Below are positions 24,283-35,862 of a stretch of DNA of 64,000 bases, piece after piece. The notes under the pieces were generated by a model. The model had not been told where the DNA came from. It saw only the letters and a program-made list of their open reading frames with translations, and ran no database searches. How positions within the stretch are numbered: position 1 is the first letter of the stretch; the number at the start of each line of letters is the position of its first letter. Made by a program: the position numbers and the translations under genes. Source of the DNA: Octopus vulgaris (Eukaryota); NCBI GenBank assembly GCA_951406725.2, contig OX597817.1, forward strand, positions 77,810,001 to 77,874,000, given 5' to 3'.

Positions 24283-26866
24283 TATTGTAACATACTTAGT
24301 TACATACAATAAATTAGATAACCAGAGAACAGTAAAAACAATGTAACAAACTAACAAATCTCTTTACAAACCAATAATTGATATTCCTTGTGAACTAACC
24401 AACCAAAACTTTCTGACTTCACTACGAACAAGCATGAACATCACTCGACTTTGAACTCTGAACCTTGAACTCACTGAGATTGTTACTATTTATACTTTAC
24501 TTGGACCAGTCTATCTCTCGCAAGGAAGGCAGGCGTCATAGCTCTCATCACAACATCTCACCTTTTAAGATTTCCACTACTGTGAAAATGTGGAATTTCT
24601 TTTTTTTTTAATATTTTTCCTTTCCAGTACCTCTCCCTCTTTCTTTTTTAGCTGTTGTTTCTTAATTGTTGCCCAAATTTTTTAGGTAGTATTGTTCATT
24701 GCACACAGCACTTTTTCTTTTCATTCTATTAAACACCTTTGTTTTTTTATTGAAAATTTAATATCTTTTTCATTTAGGCATTACTTCCAGATATTCAGTC
24801 TGTTTCCATTTTCTGAAGCTAGTTCTATGGGGTTCAATATCTCTCAGTGTTGGTTCTTCAAACATATCATAGGAGACTTCCATTGGTATTACCCTTACTT
24901 CTTCTGTATATCTCGTCTTTACTGGTTAAAGTGTCTCTTATGTTCTGAACATTGTCTTTTATTTAAATACATCATATTACTGAATATTTTCATTAAACAC
25001 ACATCCTCCCAATCTTCTTTACCATTTTTGTAATTTTCAAAATGAACTTTATCTCCTACTTTGAAATGTTTTGTAATATTTCTTGTATTTCCTTCAAATG
25101 CATTTTTTTGTCTTTCCTTTATATGTATTTTTTCCTGGCAATAATTTATCAAAGATCAATTTTATTTTACATGTGGACATTAACTCTGCTGGTGACTTTC
25201 CTAAAGAGGTATTTGGGTTTGGCATTATTCAATATATTCTCAAAACTTTCGTTAGTGCCTCATCATTATCTAGCTCATTCTTAGATTTTCTTAGAATTCT
25301 TTTGAATGTGTTGACAAATCCTTCCAATTGAAGTTTAATTTGTGTTCCATTTATTTTTATGTGTATGGATTTTTTTTTATTTGGGGGTCGATTTTTGTTT
25401 CTGCTGAGAGTACTCTAAGATTTTAATGTTTGACCTTCGTAATTTTGTTCTGCTGTGTTAATTCTTGTGACTAATTCCTTTGCAACTGCAACATTTTTGA
25501 TCTTTAAATGGACAGTCTTTTCTGAAATGTGTGCCCCCACATCCATAACATGGATTAGACATGGTGCTCTTTTTTGGTTGTACTTTTCCAGTTGGCATAC
25601 CTGTATTTTTGAGGAATCCTTTTCTTTAATATTTTGTACATCATGTTTCAGGTTTACTGCCCTTTGGCATTCTTCTGCCCTGGACAGTAAGGTTAGATCT
25701 TGGTTTGCTTGTTCCAACTTAGAAAGAATTCTTGCTCGAATTTCTATATCTTCACATCGTACTACATCCTACCACCTTATGCGTGCCACCATTCGCTCTA
25801 ATCTCTCCAAAATTCACACCATCAATAGTCTTCTCCCTCTTGTTTTTTCCATCTTCTTTTCCTCCCAGCCACCTTCCCATGCCAACACCACGTTACATTA
25901 CATAATCCATTTAAATCATCTCTTTCATCAATTTCTCGCTAACATATAAGACACTTGAACATCTCAGGTGTAAGTTCTTTGAGCTCAAAACTTCCACACA
26001 TCCTGTTGACTATTCCTGCGTATGTGATAAAATTGTCATTCTCTTTTTGTATTATATTCCAACACTCTTTTTGAGTGTTAAATTGAAACGTTTTATCAAC
26101 GAATATGTTAAACAGTAATTCTATAGTTTCTTTAAAACAAATTTCATTTTTGGGAGAAGTGGGGCAATATGAAATTACAGTAATATTCATGCTCTAATGG
26201 AGCTAATTTTCACAATAACAATCTCAATTTTTGTTTGTCCGGCTATGATTTGCAATCTTGCTTATAAACCTTCTCATGCCATCTGCAGTACGATGCAAAA
26301 GTTATACCCTCCTCTGGGTTATATAATAACTGAATTCATTAATCAAGTTTGAAATGCTGTCTGCCAAAACGAGCTTACCTCATTTTTGGTCTTTTTTGGG
26401 TATAGGTCCAATAGTTTGTTGTTGTTGTAGTTGTTGCTGTAATAGTTACTTCTGCAACTCCTGTCGCTGTTCTTGTTGCTTTTACAACTGTACTATGGAA
26501 GCTAATAGGTCTTCCATTATTTAACAAGTTGTATCACGAACAAATTGTTTAAATAACCTGCATGAGCTCTGAATCCCTTGTCATCAGATGTTGTAACGTA
26601 ATTGCTATTTACAATAAATAAGATAACCAGGCAACAGTAAAAACAATGTAACAAACTAACAAATCTCTTAACAAACAATATTCATTTACAAATCAATATT
26701 CCTTGTGAACCAACCAACCGATACCTTCTGATTTCACTGCAAACTAACATGGACTTCACTTGACTCTGAACTCTGAACCTTTAGACTCACTGTGATCATT
26801 ACTATTGATACTTTACTCGGACCAGTCTATCTCTCACATGGGAGAGTCATAATTCTCATCACAACT
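24283..26866 (-). mobile_element. Gypsy (Mag-like) LTR retrotransposon, internally deleted and decayed
   Basis: LTRs 24283-24555 and 26589-26866 (~275 bp, clearly diverged). PBS-like tgatgacaagggat next to the 5' LTR; PPT aaaaggtgaga next to the 3' LTR. Gag motifs LTPEMFKCLI, EIRARILSKLEQ..AEECQR..NLKHD and Cys/His knuckles; integrase C-terminus FVNTFKR..FKVGDKV..KRHFNQ. Inserted in a SINE A remnant. Confidence 0.85.
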
Positions 26867-27219
26867 GATCCCTTAATCAAATTGACTCAGTACTGGTTTT
26901 TTGAAGCTTAGTGCTTAATCAATTGGTCTCTTTAGTAGAACTGCTAAGTTACATTGATGGAAAAAAAAACAATGCTAGTTGTCCAGTTGTGAGGTCACAT
27001 GTGCAAATACAAACAGTCATACACACACACACACACACACACATTTATACAAGTACATATACATACATATATATACATGTGCATGGGGTACTCATACATT
27101 AGTTAATATATTGAATATATTATTTATATATTATGGAGATATACTTGCATAGCAAGTGACGTGATTTGAGATGGTATGCTGAAGCAAAAAAACAAGTGCA
27201 TGCTGCAATTATTTATATA

Positions 27220-27286
<67 letters not shown>

Positions 27287-27741
27287 ACACAAACACACAC
27301 ACACTCGCAAAAGGGCTCTTAGAATAGCTCAGAATGAGCTAGATAATGATGAAGCATTAAAGAAATTTTTGAGAGTATATAGAAAACATATATACATATA
27401 TATATATAAATATTCTATAATTATAAACATAATCATAATTATGGGTCAGCCAATTGCTCCACCACATACTGAATTTAGAAATAAGAGTTAAAAATTCCTT
27501 TTCTACTACAGTAAGAATCTGCCAGAGAGTAACACACTTTTTACGCAGGCAAAAAGAAAAAATAATGAATCCACATGATTCCGATTAGCCACATATGTGT
27601 TTCGAGATTAAAGTATATTTACTTACTTTTCATCATCAGTGTAGCATTCCGAATATAAAATTTGAAAGTGCAAGGATTAAATATGTACATGATCAAGTGT
27701 CATCACGCAACAGATATCCAACCAACACTTCCAAAATTTAA

Positions 27742-27861
<120 letters not shown>

Positions 27862-28065
27862 GTCTTTTGGACTGACTCATGAGTAAATGTCAATATGTCA
27901 ATTAGTGTGTTGAGTAAAGCCCGTTCACAGTTTGGGCTACCTGGTGTCATCCATGGTTGGGGTATAGTAACAAATCTATCTTCTATTTCCTTCATCTTTT
28001 AGTTCACGCAATTGAAAAACGACATTATTTATGGGATGTTCCAATATATATATATGTGTGTGTTT

Positions 28066-28096
<31 letters not shown>

Positions 28097-28177
28097 TCCC
28101 GGGTTGATACGGGGTTAACCACAGTAAGTAAGGTACTCAATACATAGCAGAGTAAAATTAATTTATTATATAGAAGG

Positions 28178-28228
28178 AGCTTCTACAGGACTAGTACTGT
28201 TTCATTCAAGAGAAATCTTCAGGAAGCT
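28178..28228 (-). ncRNA. Type I hammerhead ribozyme motif with intact core
   Basis: agcuuc-CUGAAGA-u uuc ucuu gaa u-GAA-ACAG uacuaguc CUGU-A-gaagcu: 6-bp stem I, 4-bp stem III, GUA cleavage triplet. Lies in a PLE-like terminus (28090-28560) inserted in (TA)n. Confidence 0.75.
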
Positions 28229-28626
28229 ATTTAACAAGAATTGTATTAGCATTTATACATTTAGAGGAGTGGTGGTGGGGGACTTTTGGGGGTAGGCATA
28301 GCGCAAAATATCATACTTGGGGGAGTGGTCAAGGTAATAAAAAAATAAAAAAATAAAAAATAAAAAAATAAAAGGATAAAATAAAAGAATAAAAATAAAA
28401 AATATAAAAAATATAAAAAATATAAAAAATATAAAAAATATAAAAAATATAAAAAATATATATAAAAAAATATATAAAAAAAAAAATATATATATAAAAT
28501 ATATATATAAAATATATATATAAAAAAAGGGGGGATAGAGTTATAGGTAAATAAGGAGATTCTCACTTATACCTATACACACATGTATACGTATCTACAC
28601 ACACATACGCACATACACATATATCT

Positions 28627-28685
<59 letters not shown>

Positions 28686-28829
28686 CCTACACATACACAC
28701 ATACATACATACAAATATACATATACATATATATATATATACAATCCAATACAGGCCCATTCCCTAATTTTAATTTTATTATCTTCATTTATTACTTTTG
28801 TTATCTTTGATCGCTAGGGCTAAGAATAT

Positions 28830-29691
28830 ATATATAAAAGAAAATGAAGAAAATGCTGACAAAATAATTTAAGTAAGGGAGAGTGTATTTAATTAGGTGA
28901 ATGTTCTTTTTTTAAACAAAAAAGAGAAAAATTGGGTTAGAATACAATGTTCATTTTTTTGTAAATGATTTCAGTGTATAAGAAAAAAAGTAAGAGTCTT
29001 TTACAGTGTTCTGTTTCAGAATAAGATATTTAGTAAAAGCGTGTATTATACAGTTTTTGTGGAAAAGTTCAATGTCAGATTTCAGTGTAGAATAAAAAAG
29101 TAAGAGTTTACCGGTTGCGCATTTGTTATGCTTATCAAAAGATATTTTGAGTGAGATAGAGTTCCTTTCTGATTGATTTTTTTCTCTTATCTGACTTTAT
29201 GTTGGGTTTGCTGTCTCTTATATGTGAAAAAAGAGGCTCCAGAATTGTTTAAGATTTGCTTGGTTTCGCGCCTAAAATTTCTTGTGGACAATGGTCAATA
29301 CAATTTTGATTGGTCACTATAAAGGGGTCACGTGAATGTTTGAATGGAAATTGGTGTTGGGGTAAGAAAATAGGCTCCAGAGATGTTAAAATTTGGCTGG
29401 TATCGCGCCTAAAATTTCTTATTGGTCATAATAAAGAGGTCACGTGAATGTGGTCATAATAGAGAGGTCACGTGAATGTTTAGAATGAATGTTGATGTGG
29501 GTGGTGTATGGAGTTTTCGAAAATAGCGTTGTTGAAAATTCTTATTGTTCAGGCTGGTCAGTAGACGTCATGTGGATATTTTGAATAGCTTTTTAGAGCA
29601 TAGTTAAGGAGTGTATTTTCCGCTTGACTGAATTTGAGGTGGAAAAGTAAGTTCGTTTAGGACAGGAAGAGCTATATGTATGTATGTGTGC

Positions 29692-29727
<36 letters not shown>

Positions 29728-31587
29728 ATATGTATGTTGGGGCGTGTGTGTGTGTTTATATGTATGTTGGGTCTAATGCATTTGTTTACTGTGGGTTTAG
29801 TTGTTGTGGTTGGCAGTACTTTGGCATTTGTTAGGATGGTTTTCAATGATTTGGGTTGCCTTTTGCTCTTTATGATTTCGTGTGTTAGGAGGATTTGGTT
29901 CATTCTATGGTCCTTTTTTAATACAGGAATGTTCTGGAGGATGGTATCAAAATCATTGAAAACCATCCTAACAAATGCCAAAGTACTGCCAACCACAACA
30001 ACTAAACCCACAGTAAACAAATGCAATAGACCCAACTGTGGTATATGCATCAACCTAATAGAAGGTCCGGAATTCCTTTTTAAACAAGGACAACGTTTCA
30101 CAGTAAAACACAACTTCACATGCGCATCAGAAAACCTAGTATGTGTCTTAACTTGCTCGGGCTGTAATGAACACTACATAGGCCAAACTAAAAATAGCCT
30201 CCACCAACGCATGACTGTCCACAGATCCCAAATGAAAATACAGGAATACAGAAAAATAGCACTTAGTGCACATATTGATACCTGTCCCGCACAACTTCAT
30301 CCCAATTTTAGAATCTTTCCCTCTACAAATTTAAAGACAATGCCACTCATACCCAGCGAATAACCATGGAATCCCACCTTATTAATAAATACAGACCACT
30401 TCTAAACACATCCCCCTAACACGAACCCACAACAAACACACTTACACCTGCACACACCCTACACACACTTTTACCCAGATATTAACACCATGACACACGC
30501 AAACATATGGTTCCACACATACACATAATTTGATACGGGTGCAAAAGATCCAACACTATTTTTTGGAAATGACTGTAAATATTGACTTCACACAAACACG
30601 TTGCTTCCCGATACAGTCACAAGGCCAGCAGAACTATAAATATTGAAAATTGCACCCACACACGTAGACATATATACAGGCGCACGCGCCCCAACATGCA
30701 TATAAACACACACACACACACACACATGCACACATACATATAGCTCTTCCTGTCCTAAACGAACTTACTTTTCCACCTCAAATTCAGTCAAGCGGAAAAT
30801 ACACTCCTTAACTATGCTCTAAAAAGCTATTCAAAATATCCACATGACGTCTACTGACCAGCCTGAACAATAAGAATTTTCAACAACGCTATTTTCGAAA
30901 ACAACATACACCACCCACATCAACATTCATTCTAAACATTCACGTGACCTCTCTATTATGACCACATTCACGTGACCTCTTTATTATGACCAATAAGAAA
31001 TTTTAGGCGCGATACCAGCCAAATTTTAACATCTCTGGAGCCTATTTTCTTACCCCAACACCAACTTCCATTCAAACATTCACGTGACCCCTTTATAGTG
31101 ACCAATCAAAACTGTATTGACCATTGTCCACAAGAAATTATAGGCGCAAAACCAAGCAAATCTTAAACAACTCTGGAGCCTCTTTTTTCACATATAAGAG
31201 ACAGCAAACCCAACATAAAGTCAGATAAGAGAAAAAAATCAATCAGAAAGGAACTCTATCTCACTCAAAATATCTTTTGATAAGCATAACAAATGCGCAA
31301 CCGGTAAACTCTTACTTTTTTATTCTACACTGAAATCTGACATTGAACTTTTCCACAAAAACTGTATATTACACGCTTTTACTAAATATCTTATTCTGAA
31401 ACAGAACACTGTAAAAGACTCTTACTTTTTTCTTATACACTGAAATCATTCACAAAAAATGAACATTGTATTCTAACCCAATTTTTCATTTTTTTTGTTT
31501 AAAAAAAGAACATTCACCTAATTAAATACACTCTCCCTTACTTAAATTATTTTGTCAGCATTTTCTTCATTTCCTTTTTTTATATAT
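28830..31587. mobile_element. Penelope-like element fold-back: two head-to-head 3' copies forming a 2.75-kb palindrome
   Basis: Outer arms 28830-29745 / 30685-31587 are near-identical; inner arms 29766-29852 / 29950-30036. GIY-YIG domain on the + arm; TA-repeat flanks. Confidence 0.9.
29950..30419 (+). pseudogene. Penelope-type GIY-YIG endonuclease domain (5'-truncated, one frameshift at ~30320)
   Basis: KSLKTIL..CNRPNCGIC..FTCASENLVCVLTCSGCNEHYIGQT..RMTVHR..HIDTC; the shifted frame continues LYKF..RITMESHLINKYRPLLNTSP*. Confidence 0.88.
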
Positions 31588-31615
31588 CACAACTCGTGTT
31601 CCACATCTCCCTTTT

Positions 31616-31712
<97 letters not shown>

Positions 31713-33979
31713 TCATCATCGTATAACATCCACTTTCCATGGAAGCATACATTGGATAGTTTGACTGAGGATGGCAAGCCAGTAGGCTGCACCAGGTTCC
31801 AATCTAATCTGGAAAGGTTTCTACAGCTGGATGCCCTTCCTAAAGTCAACAACTCTGAGGGTGTAGTGAGTGCTTTTCATGTGCCGGTGGCATGTAAAAA
31901 AATATATATGTATGTGGGAATCCTGATAGATGGCAGTGCTGGATAGATATGGTGTTTTTATACCTTTTTACCATAAGAGAACATTTTATATTTATTATTC
32001 TTATACAAGAATGTTGATAGTGACTTGAAAGTTTCAGCAAATAGTTTTTATTATACATGAATATAAATACAAACATGAATATATATATATATAGGTGCAA
32101 GAGTGGCTGTGTGATAAGTAGCTTGCTTACCAACCACATGGTTCTGGGTTCAGTCCCATTGTGTAGCAACTTGGGTAAATGTGTTCTACTATAGCCTCGG
32201 GCCAACCAAAGCCTTGTGAGTGGATTTGGTAGAGGGAAACTGAAAGAAGCCGGTTGTATATGGTGTGTGTATGTGTGTGTATGTGTGTGTGTGTGTATAT
32301 GTTTGTGTGTCTGTGTTTGTCCCCCACCATCACTTGACAACCGATGCTGGTGTGTTTACATCCCCGTAACTTAGCAGTTTGACAAAATAAGCTGATAGAG
32401 TAAGTACTAGGTTTACGAAGAATAAGTCCTGGAATTGATTTGCTTGACTAAAGGCGGTGCTCCAGCATGGCCACAGTCAAATGACTGAAACAAATAACAG
32501 TATATGTACTTATATACATATACATATATGTGTGTGTGTGTGTATGTGTATGCGTATATGTTTATGTGTGTGTGTGAATGTGTGTGTAATTTACACAGTA
32601 TTATATATATATTTTTTAATTTTTAACCACCAGAAGTTTCAAAACTGTCTCAAGAACTGAGAGTTCCATGTACGGCATTTACCAAGTCCCATGTACAAAA
32701 CTCTTGGCGCTTGTGGTACGTTTGTAACCTCTGCCAATAAAACTATTCACAAACACACACATACACACACATTATTTACATTATTTTACTCACTGAATCA
32801 TTTGCAATGTGTTCAGTATACCGCAGCAGTTTAAGTAGTAGTAGTAGTAGTGATGTTAGAATATTCACATTTCCGCTTGGCTGGGATTGGAAAGTACTTT
32901 TAACAGCGAAATACACTACAGTACTATATATATAAAAAACAAAAACAACAAAATAAAGAAGAAAAAAACAGCCCGCAAAATTATTAATTAAAAACAACCG
33001 AAAGGAAAATTAAAAATTATTTTTATTTCTGTCTATATCATTTAGAAAATTCTAGGAAAAAAATCTTTTTTTTTATCTATTTCTTTGATTCAATTTCATT
33101 TTTTATGTTTTATACTTTTATCATTTTTCTTAAAAAGTTATGATAATGAAATTTTCCTTTGTTTCCCATTGATAAGTTTGAGAAAATCTTATTAGGTGAA
33201 TTATATACTTAGATAAATAGATAATTTCTTATATATGTTTATATCTATATATGAAATTATAAAAGCAAAGCCTACACACATTTTGACTTCCTAAAATGGT
33301 TCTTTTCCCAATCTTAACTCTTTGAGAAAACATTTTCTCTCCAAATATTATAACTGTATCAAGGAATTTCCAAAACACTCTAAATATATATGTATATATA
33401 TATATATTACACATACAAACATATATATGTATATATGTATGTATCTGTATAAATATATATGTGCGTGTGTGTGTGTGCGTGTATTCTCTATGCAGTTGTG
33501 TATATGTGAGCATATAGCTTTGTATGTATATATATATATATATAGGTGTAGGAGTGGCTGTGTGGCAAGTAGCTTGCTTACCAACTACATGATTCCGGGT
33601 ATAGTCCCACTGCGTGGCAACTGGAGCAAGTGTCTTCTATTATAGCCTCAGGCCGATCAAAGCCTTGTGAGTGGATTTGGTAGACGGAAACTGAAAGAAG
33701 TCTGTCGTATATATGTATATATATGTGTGTGTGTGTGTCTGTGTTTGTCCTCTCAGCATCGCTTGACAACCGATGCTGGTGTGTTTACGTCCCCGTAACT
33801 TAGCGGTTCAGCAAAAGAGACTGATAGAATAAGTACTAGTCTTACAAAGAATAAGTCCTGGGGTAGATTTGCTAGACTAAAGGTGGTGCTCCAGCATGGT
33901 CTCAGTCAAATGACTGAAACAAGTAAAAGTAAAAGAATATATATACATATATATATATCTATGTCTATCTATCTATCTA

Positions 33980-34017
<38 letters not shown>

Positions 34018-34954
34018 CACACACACACATACACACACACACACTCACATACATATATACATATGAATGTATACATATGAATGTCCAACCCATGCTAGCA
34101 TGGAAAGCGGACGTTAAACGATGATGATGATGATGATGATGAATATATATATATATGTATATATGTGTCTATATTTAAATAAATATATATCAATACACAG
34201 ACACACAAGTCTATATATGTGTATATGTGTCCGCACATCTGCATGTGTACACATATATATATGCTTGTATATGCACATCTACGTGATTGTATATATATCT
34301 GTGAGTGTCTATGTCTGTGCGTGCATGTACATGTGCATGCATGTATATGTGTGTGCGTGTATGTGTGAGTGCGAAATATGGAGTAGATATATAGTCAGAC
34401 AGAGAAAGTGGTTGGTTGGTAGATATGTAAGTTGGTAGGTAGGATAGTGGCCAAAAAGGCAGATTACTACAATATATATAGATTTACAGAAAGATAGATA
34501 TACTGATATATTGTTAAGTGTGTGAGGACATAGGTAGATAATATGCAAGGTGAGTAGAAGATAATTAAATTCATAGGATACATAGATTTAAAGATATATC
34601 GATAGAAACACAGATCAATGTAATGATAAATATATAGGAAGATAGAATATAGAATACATGCAAGGCATAAGGATAGATTCATAAAATGTCATATAAGGCA
34701 AAATGAAAGCTAGATAGATGGATAGACATACATACATACATACTTACATACTTACTTACATACATGCATGCATATATGCATAGGTACATACTTACATATG
34801 TACTTTTACACAAACACATGCTCACACACATACAACACAAAGCAAAATTTTCTTATTGGTTATTTGAATGGAGATATTTAAAAGTAACATTATTAAAGGG
34901 ATATAATTGAACAAAATACATTTTTATATATGAGTAAATATATATGTGTATATA

Positions 34955-35385
34955 TATAGGGTGTCCCAAAAGTACCTGATGGGTTTCAGTTTTTAATAAC
35001 TTCCTTAACTTTACAAATAGATGCATGAAATTTTGATAGATTATAAAGGACATAATGGGAATTAATATGCACAAGTCAAATTTTGCCACACCACTACATT
35101 ACGTATGAAAAATAGCATTGCTTAAATGGCAGCCAATTCCAGCTTTGCTTGCTCGTGCTCTTTCCAAAACTTGCACCATAACACCCTCAAGTGTTTCAGA
35201 CCCCACTTCTCTGATTTCTCTATTGATGGTCTCCTTCAGTTGCATCAGGGTCTCCAGTTTGTTGATGTAAACCCTCTCTTTCAGGTATCCCCACAAGAAG
35301 AAATCTGGGCAAGTCAAGTCTAAGGAATGTGAAGGCCATTCAAAGTAGACCTCACAAATGTTTCCAGCAAGATAGGGCAACTGCT
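34955..35385 (-). mobile_element. Tc1/mariner-superfamily transposase 3' fragment with TIR
   Basis: WPSHSLDLTCPDFFLWGYLKERVY..TLMQLKETI..GCHLSNAIF; terminal TA + agggtgtcccaaaa at about 34955. Confidence 0.85.
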
Positions 35386-35730
35386 CATACTGGCATGGGT
35401 TTGACTCTTTGACTGAAGCTGGCAAACTGGAGGGCTGCACCAGGTTTCAATTTGACTTGGCATGGTTTCTATGGCTGGATGTCCTTTCTAATGCCAACTG
35501 CTCCAAGAGTGTAATGGGTGCTTTTTACATCACACTAGCATGGGTGCCAGTTAGGTGACATTAGCATTGGCCATAACAAGGATTTCACTTGGCTTGATGG
35601 GTCTTCTCAAGTACAACATATCACCAAAGGTCTTGGTCACTTGTCATTGCTTCTGTGAGGCCCATCATTCAAAAGGTGTTTTTTTACATGTCAGTTACGT
35701 GGCACCAGTATTGGCCATGACTATGATTTC
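35385..35730 (-). mobile_element. RTE-derived 3' UTR fragment
   Basis: gcatgggtt..ggttt(c)ta..gctggatg(c)cctt(c)ctaa.gccaac matches 8290-8410 in reverse. Similar tails at 31710-31900(-), 34080-34140(+), 42604-42790(-), 45728-46150(-), 55940-56050(+), 60087-60120(+). Confidence 0.7.
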
Positions 35731-35744
35731 ACTTAGAAAAATTA

Positions 35745-35862
35745 TTTTCAGGGTCCCTTAAAATACTGTTGGGGATCCCAAATTTACTACTTTGTTGTGT
35801 GGACTCTCAAAAATATCATATAGACCCTCAGGGGCCATATGGACCCCATTTGAGAACCACTG
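35745..35862. mobile_element. hAT/Charlie-like MITE end
   Basis: Ends ttgagaaccactg (CAGTGGTTCTCAA TIR) with ggggtcc/ggacccc subterminal motifs. Confidence 0.5.

Noticed and set aside
29604-30363. 227-aa and 171-aa overlapping antiparallel ORFs as a bidirectional gene
   Set aside because: An artifact of the inner inverted repeat plus (TG)n; only the PLE-derived parts are meaningful.
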